Below, piece after piece: positions 12,712 through 26,427 of a stretch of 64,000 nt of DNA. The translations under genes were made by a program, and so were the position numbers. The stretch lies in assembly GCA_905178155.1 (NCBI GenBank), contig CAJINV010000014.1, positions 2,265,923 through 2,329,922 of the forward strand, given 5' to 3'. Source of the DNA: Amoebophrya sp. A120 (lineage: Eukaryota; Protista; Dinoflagellata). Position 1 is the first letter of the stretch. The number at the start of each line of letters is the position of its first letter. Under the pieces are notes generated by a model that saw only the letters and a program-made list of their open reading frames with translations, was not told where the DNA came from and did no database searches.

Positions 12712-15700
12712 GGTTTGTTTTGATGGTCGTGGATGGTGAGGAAGAAGATGTAAAGATAGATAAAATTTGGCCGGGGTACAAGAACCACTTGGTGTGATGT
12801 TGAAACTTCAACTACACACTAGAACTAGAAGTCATGTTGAAGGCCGACAATATAATTACATATACAATGCGCTCGCAGTTACAGCAAAACCAAAAGCACA
12901 TCGACATCAGACACATCCATAATAGTTTTGTCCCTCGGTGCTCAATGAACAATTTTGACTTCATCTCTCCCTCTCGTCGCGACATCAAAGGCTCTCGTCT
13001 CTACGAGGAAGGTAAAGAACCTCAGGTCCTCGCTGCTTGCGACAAGCAGAAATAGCTACTAGACAAGAACCAACTATCTTCGGTGCCGGAATGTCAACTC
13101 ACACTTCCAATTTGAGAAGATCGAAGACGCGACTGGTTTTGAGAAAAAGAGACGATAGATGCGAAGCTGGAGAAACTGAGGCAACCAATCTTTCTGATGC
13201 TTGTTGCAGACGACTTCCATCCACGGCGACACAGAGTGAAGATCTGAGCAGAGGGCTCATCGTCATCGATTTTTACGATTTATCGATCTCGTTCCGGTGC
13301 ACGCACAAAAACGACGCGAACCACGATAAGGATAACAAAGACCGCACTGAAACCGAAGTCGGAAGCGCCATTATCAACATAAATTTGATTTCGCCCTTTC
13401 CTTTCTTTGTCATGGTACGGAATCAATGGAAATACAGGATGGGGCAGTAGAGCTTCAACATAGTAGCTGCGAACATACTCAAAGGAGCTTTTACGCCTTA
13501 CGTACAGGTCGTGCGTAACCAGCTCAAGGCAGCTGGTGTTGTGCCTCTCTTCTTAATTTTCATACTTTTTTTTTATTCATGCCTACATTTTTTGCAATGA
13601 TTTATTTGCTTCGAGTTGGAAAAAGCGTGTGAAGCTGAATGCAGAAGCAAAAATCCTTTCGAGAGAAATTGAATTTGAAACGAAAATAAGTGTTTACTTG
13701 TTTTGGTCAGCACAAGTTGTCGCTCCATCAGGTCAAGTCTCACGATGTTTCCAAATGTAGTTCCTCGTCCGGTCGCCGCTTGGGTCTTCTGCGAACCTGC
13801 GACGTGTTCGATCGCGATCGTCTGCGCGACGCTGCCCCGCTGGTCCTGGTCGTGCTCCGGTTCCTCGTCGTCGTCTATCGCGTCGCGCTCCGTCTACTGC
13901 TTGAAAATCCGGGTTCTTGTAGTCCGCCAGCTTGGGCAACCCCGCTGGAAGGACTGCTGAAATGAACCACCAGCGTTCACCATTTCCGTCGCTGTATCTT
14001 GTCTCGAACGCGCTCTCCGCCAGCTCGGGGTCGATCATCCAGCGACGCGAAAGGAGTCCTCACACTGCGCGAGGTTCTTGCCGCAACGGTGTACTGTCCC
14101 ACGCGCGATCGGTCACGGTCACGGGCTGTTTTGGGGCGGTTCGTCAAAAGATTATAGCGTTTTTTAGTTCGATGGAAGACCACGAACTAAATTGGTGTGC
14201 TGGAGATGAAGAAGCGAAAGATTTTCGAGGAGGCTTTGAGTAACACTTCGGCATAGAATTGCAGCACCAACATGGTTGCATCGAAAAATAAATGAGGCAA
14301 AGAACAATTAAGTAACAATAAGCCCAAGGGCTATTTACGATAAAAAAATACCCGTATCCTTACCTTCAGAAATCCGCTTCCATGCCGAAAGTTTCCTTCG
14401 ATGTTCGCCACGCTTCGGCGTCATTTGGCAGGAGGGCAGGGTGTTCCCAACTTCCGACAACAAGGCGTACAACTCGTCGTCCTGCGACCGTTTTTTCTCC
14501 GAAGAAGCGCTACCACCTAATTCCACCTAAAACTAGTCCTAAAATCCCTCGCGAGGTGGACCCAAAATCAAAGAACCCAGAGAAAAGATAGACAAGAAAA
14601 TAGGGACAGGAAAACAAGGAAAGGAAGTGTTTTCGAATCAGAAATCTGCGAATAAATCAAAATCAGAAACTTTCGGGCTCGTGATTACGTACACAGGAGA
14701 TTTGATTTGTATAATGATGCTGATTGTCAACATGCATATAAATTCAAGATCTAGATCTACTCAATAAGGGTACCATAGTCGTAGTCCTGCTTGACTGGTG
14801 CGTCGTCTACTTTTATGCCCGGCGAGGCTGCCTCGATTAATCTTTAGTTTAGTCCTATCTTCAAAAAGCCCCCGGCTTTGGAATTTACATGAGCACTGGT
14901 GCGGTCGCGGCATTGTCACGGGCGGACGCGTATTGCTTCTACTAGTTGTCGTGCAATGAGTACCTCTGCCCGTTCGCATGGCAAGCGAGCTCTCGTGCAT
15001 CATTTTTGAATTTTCGAGAGATGAAAAAAGAAAAACAGCGAAGATTCATTTTGAAAAAAAGTTTTGCAATGATTGTGCTTCTACTAAGCAGTTGAAGTTG
15101 TAGTAGAGCAAAATAGAAAAAAGGATAACATTCATAGAAAAAAACAAACGCACCGCCATGGAGATGCGCGGTACTTCTGCCTCCGAGAGAAAGTTGTAGA
15201 TGTGGACCACTTCGGCCGCCAATATGTTTCGTTCTTCGTAGCTGGAAGCCTGCATTCACGGTGGCAGGCAAAAACACCCCCACTCGAATTTTTGACGCGC
15301 CACGATCTGCCCGGCAAAGCAAAGCATAGAATTTTTACTTTAATCTTTGGAACTCGGTTCTTCTTCTTTGCAAATAATTCAATACTAAAAAATAAATCAC
15401 ACACCAAAAAGGCGCGAAATACCAATGACAATAGTTCTTACTCCGGGCGCATTTTAATGAAATGGCTGTCATGGCTAAAAAAATGAAAAACATCAAAAGG
15501 AAAAAGTTAATAAAAGCAAACGCCGATGCTCCGTAGCTGATGAGGCGCAATCCGCGATGAATTTTTCTTGTCGGAGAAGCAAGATGGTGGCTTTCCCGCC
15601 AAGCAGACCAGGAATGATTCGGAATGAGTACGTCCCTAAGCACCTTACTTCACCCTTTTACTTTATTTACCGCAACCGCCTTTTATTGGTTTTTCTTCAC

Positions 15701-15872
15701 AAAGAAGTTTCTTGTCCTACCGCGTAAAATTATCGTGTCAAGTTGTCGTTGTGACTTCAGGTTCTACTAACAAAACTGTTCGCATTCCATTCGTCATCTG
15801 ATAATTATACAAGCGTCAGTTTTTCTACTATTTCTCCCATCGAAGAAGTTGAAGTTCAGGATCAGGAAAGAG

Positions 15873-15992
15873 GGTACTCAAGCGGGAGGTAACAGGTGCT
15901 GGCAAAGCGAAAAGACCAGAATAAAAAGAGAATAATTTCTCAAAAAGTTCCGGTCCGATCACCGCCACTGCCCCTAAGCCGCGAGTGTTCTT
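15873..15992. repeat. Dispersed bipartite repeat, copy 1
   Basis: The 30-mer at 15873-15902 matches 22464-22493 at 26/30. The 22-mer CCCCTAAGCCGCGAGTGTTCTT at 15971-15992 is identical to 22656-22677. Confidence 0.75.
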
Positions 15993-18900
15993 CAAGTTTT
16001 ACTTTGCAGTTGCTTTTTTTAAATTCGAAATCGCAAATCGTAGGTATTCCGACACGATCGTTGGCTACTCAACCGCGGAATTGTTGTATCAACCAGACAT
16101 CACAAGTTTACCCTTCGAATTTACACGCCGCACACTGCTTCGTTCGGTCCATAATATTTGACCACTAAATGTCGGGCTAGATCCGATTCAAGCCATTTAG
16201 CTGGTGACAAATACTAAAGCCGCTAGCTCGTAGTTCTTGGGTTCGGTCCAACCGGAGGTTGTCCTATAGTTCACAATATCCCCTTACCTTTAACCATAGT
16301 CAATTTTTGATAAAACCAAATTTCTTGTCCACTTTATCAGCCGTTTATGGGCCCCCCATTTCGGACAGGAAGGGGTTGAAAAAAGAAAAAACCTTTCTAT
16401 CTTTTAAAAATCGTCCGTGAAAATAGCACTTTTAGCAAGATGAACCATCAAAGTTTGTTGTACCACTGGACTTGTGCAGTTTCACTACTTCCTTGCAATA
16501 GAAGATGTTGCCCGCAGCAAAATTCGAGACAGTCAATGACCTGCGTCAAATCCTCCTGCTATTTTCACGATTTTTGGTTTATTTTTTCAAGGAATGGAGA
16601 TAGTAGTTGGATGGCCGCGCCGCAGCATCTTCACCTGCTGTTTCCGACTGCTTTCGCCGATTTACTTCTTAGATGCTTGTCGTAAACTGGTGCGCAGGAG
16701 AGCTGCGACGGCCAAAAAAATTTCGCTGTAGAAGTACTGTAGGTGCAAATCTCTAATGCTGTCGTCATCAACTAGTGGAGCAGGAGGCATCATCAACATC
16801 TTCAGGCGTGACATTCAACTCTTCATCTTCTTCGCTGCCGTCTTATTACCGACCAGCCGAGGCTCTCGCAGCCGCAGCCGGTACAGCTTTAATTTTACTG
16901 CATCTCGTGAGAAAACAAGTAGCAGCTACGATCATGATTGCGAGGCTGAAAAATGAGCACTAGCGAAAAAGTGCGGTTTCTTAACAAGCCGTGTGCGAAA
17001 TTTTTTGTGTCGCCATAATTTGTTTTGAGGCTGGATGGAGGTGAACCACGTAAAACAAGCCGAAGTAGGACGGGGCAAAAGTTTGGAAAAATTACTGTTG
17101 CCGGTGTAGTTGTTGGTCGGTACGTGTTATGACGGTATGCTGATTCAGTTCTTACAGCAGTTTCATGCTCCTTCTTGTTGTCTGTCAGTAAACCGAGAAA
17201 CTTTCGACCCCTAGTTCTAGTTCGTACTTTACCAAAGGCACATCAAGAATTATTTTTTTCCTACAATTTTGGAGTTTTTCTCCTCGAATGGTAGGAACTT
17301 TTTCAAGACTTCTGAGGAAAAAAAAGAGCCCCGGCCGACAACTACATTTACACACAGAAAAAACAAACTTTCGATACGACGAGCTTGTGCTCAGGGTTGA
17401 AATATTGCCCGCCACGATGTGCGAGTGCAACATTAAACATCTCGTCATCCGAGAAAGCCTACCCCGTTTTGCAACTATGTACACCACAGAAAGTGCGAGA
17501 GGTGGCGGTGAATACAACTAGTTTCTAGACAAAGAAGAAGCTCAGCATACGATCTCTTCTATCTCATATGGCTGTCCTCTGAGCTAGTTCCTTACAACCT
17601 CTTTTTTCGACAACTCTACACATCTACTCTGCATCTCGCGCACTTTCTTAATACATGAAAGCTCATGGCAAGAAAGATGCCTCTGTTTTTCCAGTGCATG
17701 TTGATGCTCGCCGTAATCAGTGTACTTATTATTCACAGCACGCTCATAATTGCAAGAAAAAAAGCTGGTGATCATCCTGCACTCTAAGAGTGCTCGATAG
17801 GATCGCACTTTGTCCTTTCGCGGCGGCGGCGGCGGCGGGGCCATCTTCGAGCTACTTAAAAAGATCATCATGGTGGCACGACTTACGAGGAGGATACGAT
17901 GCCTACGCACCACCAACGAAAGAGCGGCGCTACTTCTACAGGTCTTCGCAAAAAATGCTGGCGCTAGTACGAGAGTAGCATTGCTCAGCGATAACCGAAA
18001 AAAGGGGCCCAAGAAGACGAGGGCAATGTGCGCGCATCTGCGTAAAACGAGAATGAGTTATACTAGTACGAGTGGTGCGAAAATCGCTACAGAGCTGCTG
18101 CAACGCGGCGCGTCGAAAAAAAGTAGAAATTTCTGAACAGTCCCCTAGCGATGTCCTTTTCTTTACATTAAATTTTTCTATGTACTTCTTCATAGCTCTA
18201 TTTCTAATCTAACACGACTATGTATTTCTAGTTCTAAGATTTTCCCATTTACCTTACGTCGTTCTGACTTTTCTTTTCATCTATTACTCGATGTGGGAAA
18301 TTCAAGTCCACGACATCTCTTTAGTCAACATCTTCATGCACAAGCACAAAGGTAACATCCAAGAGTGTAGTCCATCGTCATCAACATGCCCGCTGTCAGC
18401 ACAAAGAAGTTCAGAATCCAACAACATAGTTGCAAAAATATTCATTACTGTCACCCGGCAAAAGCAGCTCGCGCCGTCCCGGTCCAGCAAAGCCGCGGTG
18501 GTGTTCTTCAGATGTGGAAGTAGACAATGCGCTTGTAGAACCGGAAAAAATAATTCGCCACAACAGGAGGAGCAGGAGGAGGAGCTCGGAGGACCACTTG
18601 TGGCAACATGTACATGACGAAGAACAGTAGATGGAGGAATGAATTCCGGTAGTATCCGCGGCCCGACTGTAGCTGTTTCCTCGATCAGTAACACTTCCTC
18701 GTGGCGATTGCGATGACGACCGAACTCGTGGCGAGTATGAGTGTAGTCGTCGAGGAGCAGCGGCTGGTCCACGACCAGGACGTTGCGGAACGGCAAGCGG
18801 CAAGGAAATTGGAGTTCGAGTTGGTCGAGTTATTATTTACTTGCAGAGTTCTTATTCATTTTCTTCTACCTTTTTTGACAACATCATCTGTAGCAGCGGT

Positions 18901-21900
18901 ATCGGATTTCTTCGCAAACATTTTTACTGAATTTATCTTCGCCCCTTGCTGATCTTCGAATAGCGAGTCTGGGTCGACAGCAGGCGTGTTGTAACAGCAG
19001 CAGCAGCAGCATGGGGCGAGCGCAAGTCCGAGGCGCGCCAGCACGGGTGGAGCGACGCCCTTTCGACAGGTCGTAGGTGGCAACTCTGCAACGGGAGCCG
19101 TTCCCAACTCGTGCTACCCGGCGCGGCACACCTGTGCTGGCGACGGCGGTGCTAGAAGCGCCTGACCACGATGCGCACCACTCGGTTGCGGCGCGAGCGG
19201 ACTACTACCCCGGTCCCGGCGGCAGCAGTGGCTGTCGTACTAGTAGCTTTGGCGACGGCCCCAGTAGTAGGTGCCCGAAGAAATGCGCGGCCAGCCGGCG
19301 GCGAGTGGAGCAGTTTCAGAGGCTGAGCATGCGCACCAGCATGTGGATCACTGAGTGAGAATTTTCGCGGTGTTGGTCACCCTTGTTCCCCGTGGTCCCC
19401 GTCGTGAGATTTTCCGAAATCCCAGGTGGATGTAGATGAAGTAGCAGTAGATTTACTTGTACTAGCAAAACCCCGTTTGTTCTTGATGTTGTACACCTCG
19501 AGCAGTCAAAGTCACCCGCTGAAGATAGTCTAAACTTGCTACACCTCCTTCCTGTTGCACCAGCGTGATGATTGCGAAATCGTGGCCAATGGCTGCGCCA
19601 ATGAAATCAGGCTGGCAAAAGTGGCAAAAGGCAGCAATGTCGGAACAATTGCTCCTTGTTCAGAAACAAGTGGTTGTGATCAGAGTCAACTCGTGATCGA
19701 AAAACTGCTAATTAGGTAGACAGTCGGACGACACGTGGTCGCAGTTGTCCGGGATGTGGTTGTCCTGGAGCGATCAACACGACACGCGCTGATGACTCCT
19801 GCTGGCCCCGCGCGGTGGTCGTCGTCGACGACGCGAAAAAAAAACTCATGTAGCTGCTGTAAAGAGCTCCTGCAACTCCCACCGCAGTAGACTTCGTCCA
19901 GAGTTGGAGGATGCCGATGCGGAGTGGAAGATACATAAGAACTACTCGAATAAACTGTTGTGATCTGTGCGGTCCGCGGTTTTCGTCTTCGTTGTTCGAG
20001 CTTTAACTGACACTGAGTTCCTTCGACGTGCAGAGTTCTGACTTCTTCAATAGTTGTCCACCACTTCTAGTAGTACAGAAAGTCCACATGATGGAATAAT
20101 TCATCGTGCTTGCAGCTCCTTCTCGCTGAAGTTTCGCACGTTCACATTTTGGAGGTTGATGGGGTTGCATCTTCGTGCTGGGCTGGAGCAAGCGCTGGCG
20201 TCTGCGACGTGCAGGAGGAGCGCTGTAGTTCCCTCGCATGGCCTCGTTCGCCGGCCTCTACTTTTTTATTCGGGTGGTTGTAAGTTGCTGCACAACGCGC
20301 GCTGTGCGACATGATCGCGTGGCTACCAACCTAGTTCGTGGCTCAGTCGGCCCGGGAGCAGGCGTCCTGCTCTGGATTTCCGCAGGCGCGGCCTGCAGCT
20401 TGCGCTCGCGAGGTCGGCGCCTCAGTCGCCACAACAGGTACAACTAGTCTGGGCAGGAGCTGTCGCGCAGTGAACCCTGGCGCCGGAAGAAGAATTCGCC
20501 CTGTTGCTTCCACAAGTTGTCGGCCGCCAATAGCGACCCGATTTCTCGTTTCGCTGGATTTTTCCCTCCCGCGCCGGCATTTCTACCGTGTTCTCGATGA
20601 GTCGAAGATCTCAAAATCGTTGCTCAACAGAAAGTGATTGATGTAGGGAGTTGTAGGACCCTGGCGACGGCGGCACTTTCGGCCGAGATCGAAAAAAGCA
20701 GAAAGTTGTGCAACAAGAGCAGCGCGGCCCTGACGGCAGCTTCCCTTTTTTCCGGTCGATGAAGATGTGGAGACAGACGGTCGAAAAGCGGTAGCGGGAC
20801 AAAGACGCTGCCCGGGGAGCATGGGAGCAGGAGGGTCGCGACCAAGTATTTTTAGGTCCAACGGCAGCTCGCTGTATTCCGCGACGAGCGGTGGCTGTCG
20901 TAGCCCAAAAAGCCGCAGCGGAACCGTCCCCGTAGACGCGGCTGCGACAGTGGCAGAAGAAAGTCATCGTCCCTGCCGTCCCCTGGCGCGAGGGATGAAG
21001 GCAATCCACCTGGTGCTGCTCTGCCCCGATGGGAACCACGCGCAGGGCGGAGAGTAAAAAATAAAGCGGCCGGGGAGTCCGGAAGTGAAGAAGTTGCCCC
21101 GTGGTTTCGTTTATTTTGTTTTTTTCACAGTAGAGCAGATGTAAAAAATCATCTATCATGAAGAACCTTCGCAGCTTCCAAAAATCATGATGATGGAAAA
21201 AGAAGTCAAAGTTGCGAAAAAAATCGTTCAAAAAAGTCGCCGATTTTATTGACTTTTGTACCTCTACCGCCTCCACTGCACGAAAAGCATGCGGACGGCG
21301 GCGTGCACCAGGACGAGAAAGTTCTTGTCAATAAAGTACAACAAGTGGAGGTCAACGGGCTTTCAGAAAAACAGAACTGCGCTGCCACCGAAATCCACAC
21401 GACTTCGTTTCTCGTAGAGGTTTTCCCCCGTCCTACTTGTATCGGCAGAGGAACTGGAAAAAACTCAGCACCAAAAAAAGTTGCGACGTCGTCGTCGTCG
21501 TGGAGAAGTAACGCACTGGACGGCGATCGCACGGCGGCGCGCAGGCGAAGGCCCCGTCGGAAACTAGTGACAAACTTGGAGGTCTACAGGACCTTATGGC
21601 GACCCGACAGTGCAGCTCGTGCGTAAAAGTTCGCTGGAGATGAAAAAGTAGAAGCCGCGCTTTTACATTACCGGCTGTTTGTTCGTGGTGAGGATGGTCG
21701 TAAAAAAACTGCGATTTTAATCTTGTCGTGCCCCTAGAAGCAGAAGTTGAAGTTGTTTTTGCAACGCGGCCCACTGCGCCAATCTGAAAGACGCTCGCAG
21801 GTCTGTCGCCTCCGATAGTACTAGCGGGGTGGAAAAAAAAACTCGGTGTCAGAAGCGAAGGCAATTCTTTCTGTCTAGTACGCGCTACCCGGTTTCATCG

Positions 21901-22463
21901 TCGCGCTCTTCACGTCGCGTGGTAGAGGTAGTTCACTAAGTAATTTTGATGTGCGCGCGTCGTGTACTTCTAGCAGCTCGCTTTCGTTTCAGTAGTTTCA
22001 CTGATGATCAGTAGCAGCGCCTCATCACAACTGCGACTAAGTGTAGTTCTGTAGCACATACGGGCAGCAGCTCCTGGTGCTGCGCCACCTCTGGGGTGTG
22101 TAGTAGCTGAGGCGTGGGTGGTGTTCAAAGTGAATCACTTCTATCGGTGCGAAGGTATGATGTCGGTTTTTCTTCGTCGAGAGCGAAACTTCAATCGTGG
22201 TGGTGTAGTAGAAGTCCAAGTAGATTATACAACAGCTTGGTAGTAGATGTACAGCGTCAACAGTGATCTTCACTGTGAAGAGGACAACTGCTCGGTGTGT
22301 AGAAGTCGAAGTGGTAGGTTCAGTCGTTTCGTTGAAACCCCGCAATGGGCTGCTCGTAGATGATACTGAAGATACAGCAGTCTGACAGATGACGAAAACC
22401 GCAAACACAGGTAAAAAAACCGCGAACTAGAGACTGGTGTACGCAAAAAACCGGCTATAGTTA

Positions 22464-22677
22464 GGTACTCGAGCGGGAGGAAAGCGGTGCTGGGAACGCA
22501 GTAAAAAGATCCAAAGTCAAGTCGAAAAATCTTAAACAGTAACATCCTTCAGTCGATGATCGTCCAACCCGGAAAGGAGAAGGGGAACATCAACCAAAAG
22601 CGGAAACCGTAAAAACTTATCAACCCAATATAGAATCGAGAAACCGCGCCCACGCCCCCTAAGCCGCGAGTGTTCTT
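22464..22677. repeat. Dispersed bipartite repeat, copy 2
   Basis: Same two blocks in the same order and orientation as 15873-15992, with a longer spacer. Confidence 0.75.
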
Positions 22678-25600
22678 ATGCTGAAGAATGCATGAAGGTT
22701 CTGTAGCAGGTGTGGGATATTTCTTGCTCGTATAGTGATTACAACTTCATCTCCCCTTGATCTGTAGCGGTGGACTGGTCAGCCTCGAGAGGGCACACCA
22801 TTCGAGTGGCCACGTCTAGGCTGACTCGCGACCACCACTCGCACGACTGCGTCGGCTGCCCTGCACTTGATTCACATGTTCAGCCATAGAAAGGCATAGA
22901 AGCTCGCAGATCGATTTGCTGGCCGACCTTTTGCTCGTTTTCCGATCCTTTCGATGCTGCAGATGAGAGTCCGATCCTTTCGAGAGGTTGACCACCTCAA
23001 GTAGAGCGATTTGCTGCTCGATCGACTTCGATCAGAGGCCGCACTGTAGTAGATCGTGATGACCAGAGTACGAGTGCCACTTCTCGCAATGCTAGCTGTC
23101 TGCTTGTGCTGTGTACAACGCGGGAGCTTGCTGTAGTTCCGATACCGCTGTACCACAACTTCTCGACAGTAGTAGAGATGATGCGTGTAGTAGTTCAGGT
23201 CGAAATTATGCGACCGCTGCTACATCCGATAAGATGAACTGAAGAACCGAAGTCTTCGAATGACAAGAAGATGTTGACCACTTCATCTAGAATCGGGGAA
23301 AGAAAGAACGCAACTGAGTGAAGCGTGAAGATGATCGATCCTGTGGCCGCGTAGTGGTGGTCCGCCCGGCTGGTGGTCGAAATGAAGATCTGATTCAGAT
23401 TTGTGTAGGTGGTTTGGATGATGCTGACAACAGCAGGAAAATACGCCGTGGCTCGTTCGAGGTACGCCGATGAAATCTGCTGGACTCGCCGTGCGTGTGG
23501 TGCACGTGGTGCGCTGCAGCTCCTGCTTGTTTAACAAGCCGTAGTCCAACAAGGATTTCTCGATTGCATGTTGTCGTCCACGATCTGCAGGGGGAAGCGC
23601 GCCTGGTGGTCCGTCCACTTGCAGGAATCGCTAGGGCTTCCAGTCCACCTCACGTCGTGCTCATACTGGTCCTCGTCCGACGTCGTCGTTCCCACGTTCT
23701 AGCTCTGGTGCGTTGTCCTGTGATGTTGAAACTGCGTCAGATCCTGGTGCGACGAATCGAATCCGATCAAACTCTGGTGGTCTCGAACGCTGTGGAAGGT
23801 TGTCGATTTGGCAACAGCAATTTGTTCCAATGCATCCTGTTGACAGTAGCTGCTTACTTTGATGCAGCAGTGCATGTATCCACGAACTCCTTGTTTTCGG
23901 AGTGTAGTAAAACTTCTGTACCAACAAACGGCATGTCGTGAAGTGGATTTTCATCCGAGGTAAGTAGTCCTAGTCGTAGAACAACTCCGCGTTGCAACCG
24001 TTGACTTCCTCGTAGTTGTAGACAAGTTCCTGTTGCAGCAGGCGACCACAGTGGCCAGAATCTTGATGCTCCAACGCAACGCCGGGTGATTCAAAGCGTT
24101 TCCAGCTCCTCGTCAGCCAGTTAGCCAGCACTACCATCTCGACGACGGCAGTCAGCACACCTCGCAACCGGCGGTCCATCAGCATCTGCTGCCAGGAGTG
24201 GTCCGATTCCACCGTTGCCGAGCAACAAGTCGCGCGTCGCCGTAGAAGTTCTTGTGAACTAGCTGTGTTGACTCTGTGGTGAAGAGTTTTTTACAGCAGA
24301 GACAAGCTGCTCCGGACAGTCAACACCTCCAGCGAGGACGAAGTTGTACCAGGAGGCTTCTGCTTGCTCTTTATTCGGATTTTCTTGCATCAGCATGCGC
24401 AGTGAATGCAGTAATCCATTTGAACCTTATCATGCGTTGTTTCTTCAAAAAAGTTTATTTGAAAACTCTTCGTATTCATGCAATCATCCAGAGCGTGTCT
24501 GAAGATGATGAAATACGGTGCAAGTCGCGTTCGTCTTCGTGTGCGCGGTTCTCTGTCCCAGAATAATTTTCCAAATCCACCGTGTCCGGGTCGTCCATTC
24601 GTCGGTATGTTGTTCCATGCGGCTTCCGTAGTACTCGTGCCTTCCAAAAAATCCACCGCCCGTAATCCATCCGTCTCCTAATTCCACCGTTCGTTCGTCC
24701 GCCGGGTCCCATGATAATACTCCATCCGTATGGAGGTCTCCCTCTCCACCGCCCGCCGCCGTTTCTCGCAAGAAACAAGTTCTCGGTCCGTAGGTCCACG
24801 TTCCAGCGAGTCCGTCGTCCGTGGTATTGTCCAACCCGATTCATGTGCTCCTCCAGCTCCGGGTCGATTTCTTCGCGCACATCGTCCTGCAAGCTCCTTG
24901 TCGTTGTCCGCCGGGTCCTGGTCAATCCGTCCCTGGAGGTCCTGGTCCCCTCACATGGTCTTTCTGTCGGTGTAGTACTCGGGCTCCTGGGTATGGCTGC
25001 CGCTCCTTCCTCGTCCGCGGAAAGCAAAAAGGTTGCAGGTCTCGTAGTATTTTTTCTCACACGACAGCCGGAAGAAGTTCTTGTGTACAACACGAAATGA
25101 ATAACATGATTATGATGCATGAAGCTCGTCAATCGATGATAATCATTCGCGTCCGTCATCATGATCATTTGTCGCAACTACAGTGTATCTATTAGTTGTA
25201 CGCACGATGCTGGGTGCCTTTACACGTAGTTGAAAAAAAGTTCGAGGTCCAGCCTAGTCGTAATCAAGCACGTCCGCCCTCCGTCGTCCGTCAGCACGAC
25301 CAAATGGATGCATCCAAGACTTGCTTCCTCGTTGAAGATGTAGTCCGATAGTTGATAATTTTGTGGTCCGAAAGTAGTTGGTATGGTTCATCGAAAAAAA
25401 AAGTTGAAGATGGTGGAGATGGTGCAAGCGGCTCATGGTGTTCATTCTCATTGATGAATAGAAGCTCGTCCTCTTGTAGTCGCGGACGCGGTTATGCTAC
25501 AGCAGGCACGGGCAGTAGTTGTAGTTCACGCAGCACGCAAGCCACACGACATACTGGTAGTACTAGGCACGCTACAGACGATTTCCGTTCTACACGCGGT

Positions 25601-25888
25601 TTCGACTTTAACGTTGTTGCACGCGGTCTACAGGAAACTGATCTTGTTGTTCCAGCACGACTACTTCGTTCTCTGATCGCAGCTCGAGCTCGTTTCTAAC
25701 AGTTGTGCAGCCCTTGTTCACTCGTTCTTTTACGATTAGCTCGGATCTTCCGTTTTTATTCCACATCACGCTACTCCTACGGTTATTTCCAAGCCACCTA
25801 CGGAACGGCCATCGTGGTTCCAGGTGGCGGTTCCGAGCCACATAGGAGGTGCCTACCAACGTGTGACGGTGCAGCAGCGAAAGGTTGC

Positions 25889-26049
25889 TATCAAGCAAAA
25901 AAGTGTTAACGTTAACGGTTTTGAGGCATTGCTGTCATGCATGAGAAATTGCCGCTATCATGCATGCTATGCAATACAAATTTGGGCATCATTTCTCGTG
26001 CATTTCTGCATGCCAAATTCCGTTAACGTTAACACTTTTTGGTGTGATA
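25889..26049. mobile_element. Introner-like element (161 bp), host gene unresolved
   Basis: TIR TATCAAGCAAAAAAGTGTTAACGTTAACGG / CCGTTAACGTTAACACTTTTTGGTGTGATA, perfect TSD GTTGC. Confidence 0.88.
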
Positions 26050-26106
26050 GTTGCGCGCATTTTTGCATCGCCCACGCGGCCGCGGTACTAGCTGCACTCT
26101 GCTCGT

Positions 26107-26427
26107 TATCAAAGTGAAAAAAGCCCCCACCTCATATCGGAAACGGAAGATGCACGAATTTGTGATGCTGCATTTGAGTACACAAATCAACTTGTATTGC
26201 TAGAAGGCCAAGAGGCGAAGCTTCGGCCTAAATTGCAGGTAATCCGTCATGCTGTTTCCCACTTCCAGTTGCCTCCTGTCATCCTGGAGCTGCAAGGCTT
26301 TCCCACGCTAGACAGCACTACAGTCCGCATCTTTTGCCTTCTAGCATCACAAAGCTGATCTGTGACCACGAATCTGCATCACAGATTTCCGTTTTGATAT
26401 GGGGAGGGGGCATTTTTGATTGTAATA
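26107..26427. mobile_element. Introner-like element (321 bp), host gene unresolved
   Basis: About 40-bp imperfect TIR (TATCAAAGTGAAAAAAGCCCCCACCTCATATC vs TATTACAATCAAAAATGCCCCCTCCCCATATC), perfect TSD CTCGT, internal TTTGTGATGC and GCATCACAAA. Confidence 0.85.

Noticed and set aside
16190-16312. AGCCATTT resembling the dinoflagellate spliced leader, plus an Sm-site-like AATTTTTGA and CTTACCT
   Set aside because: The matches are short and scattered, with no full leader or recognisable snRNA motifs. A covariance-model search would be needed.
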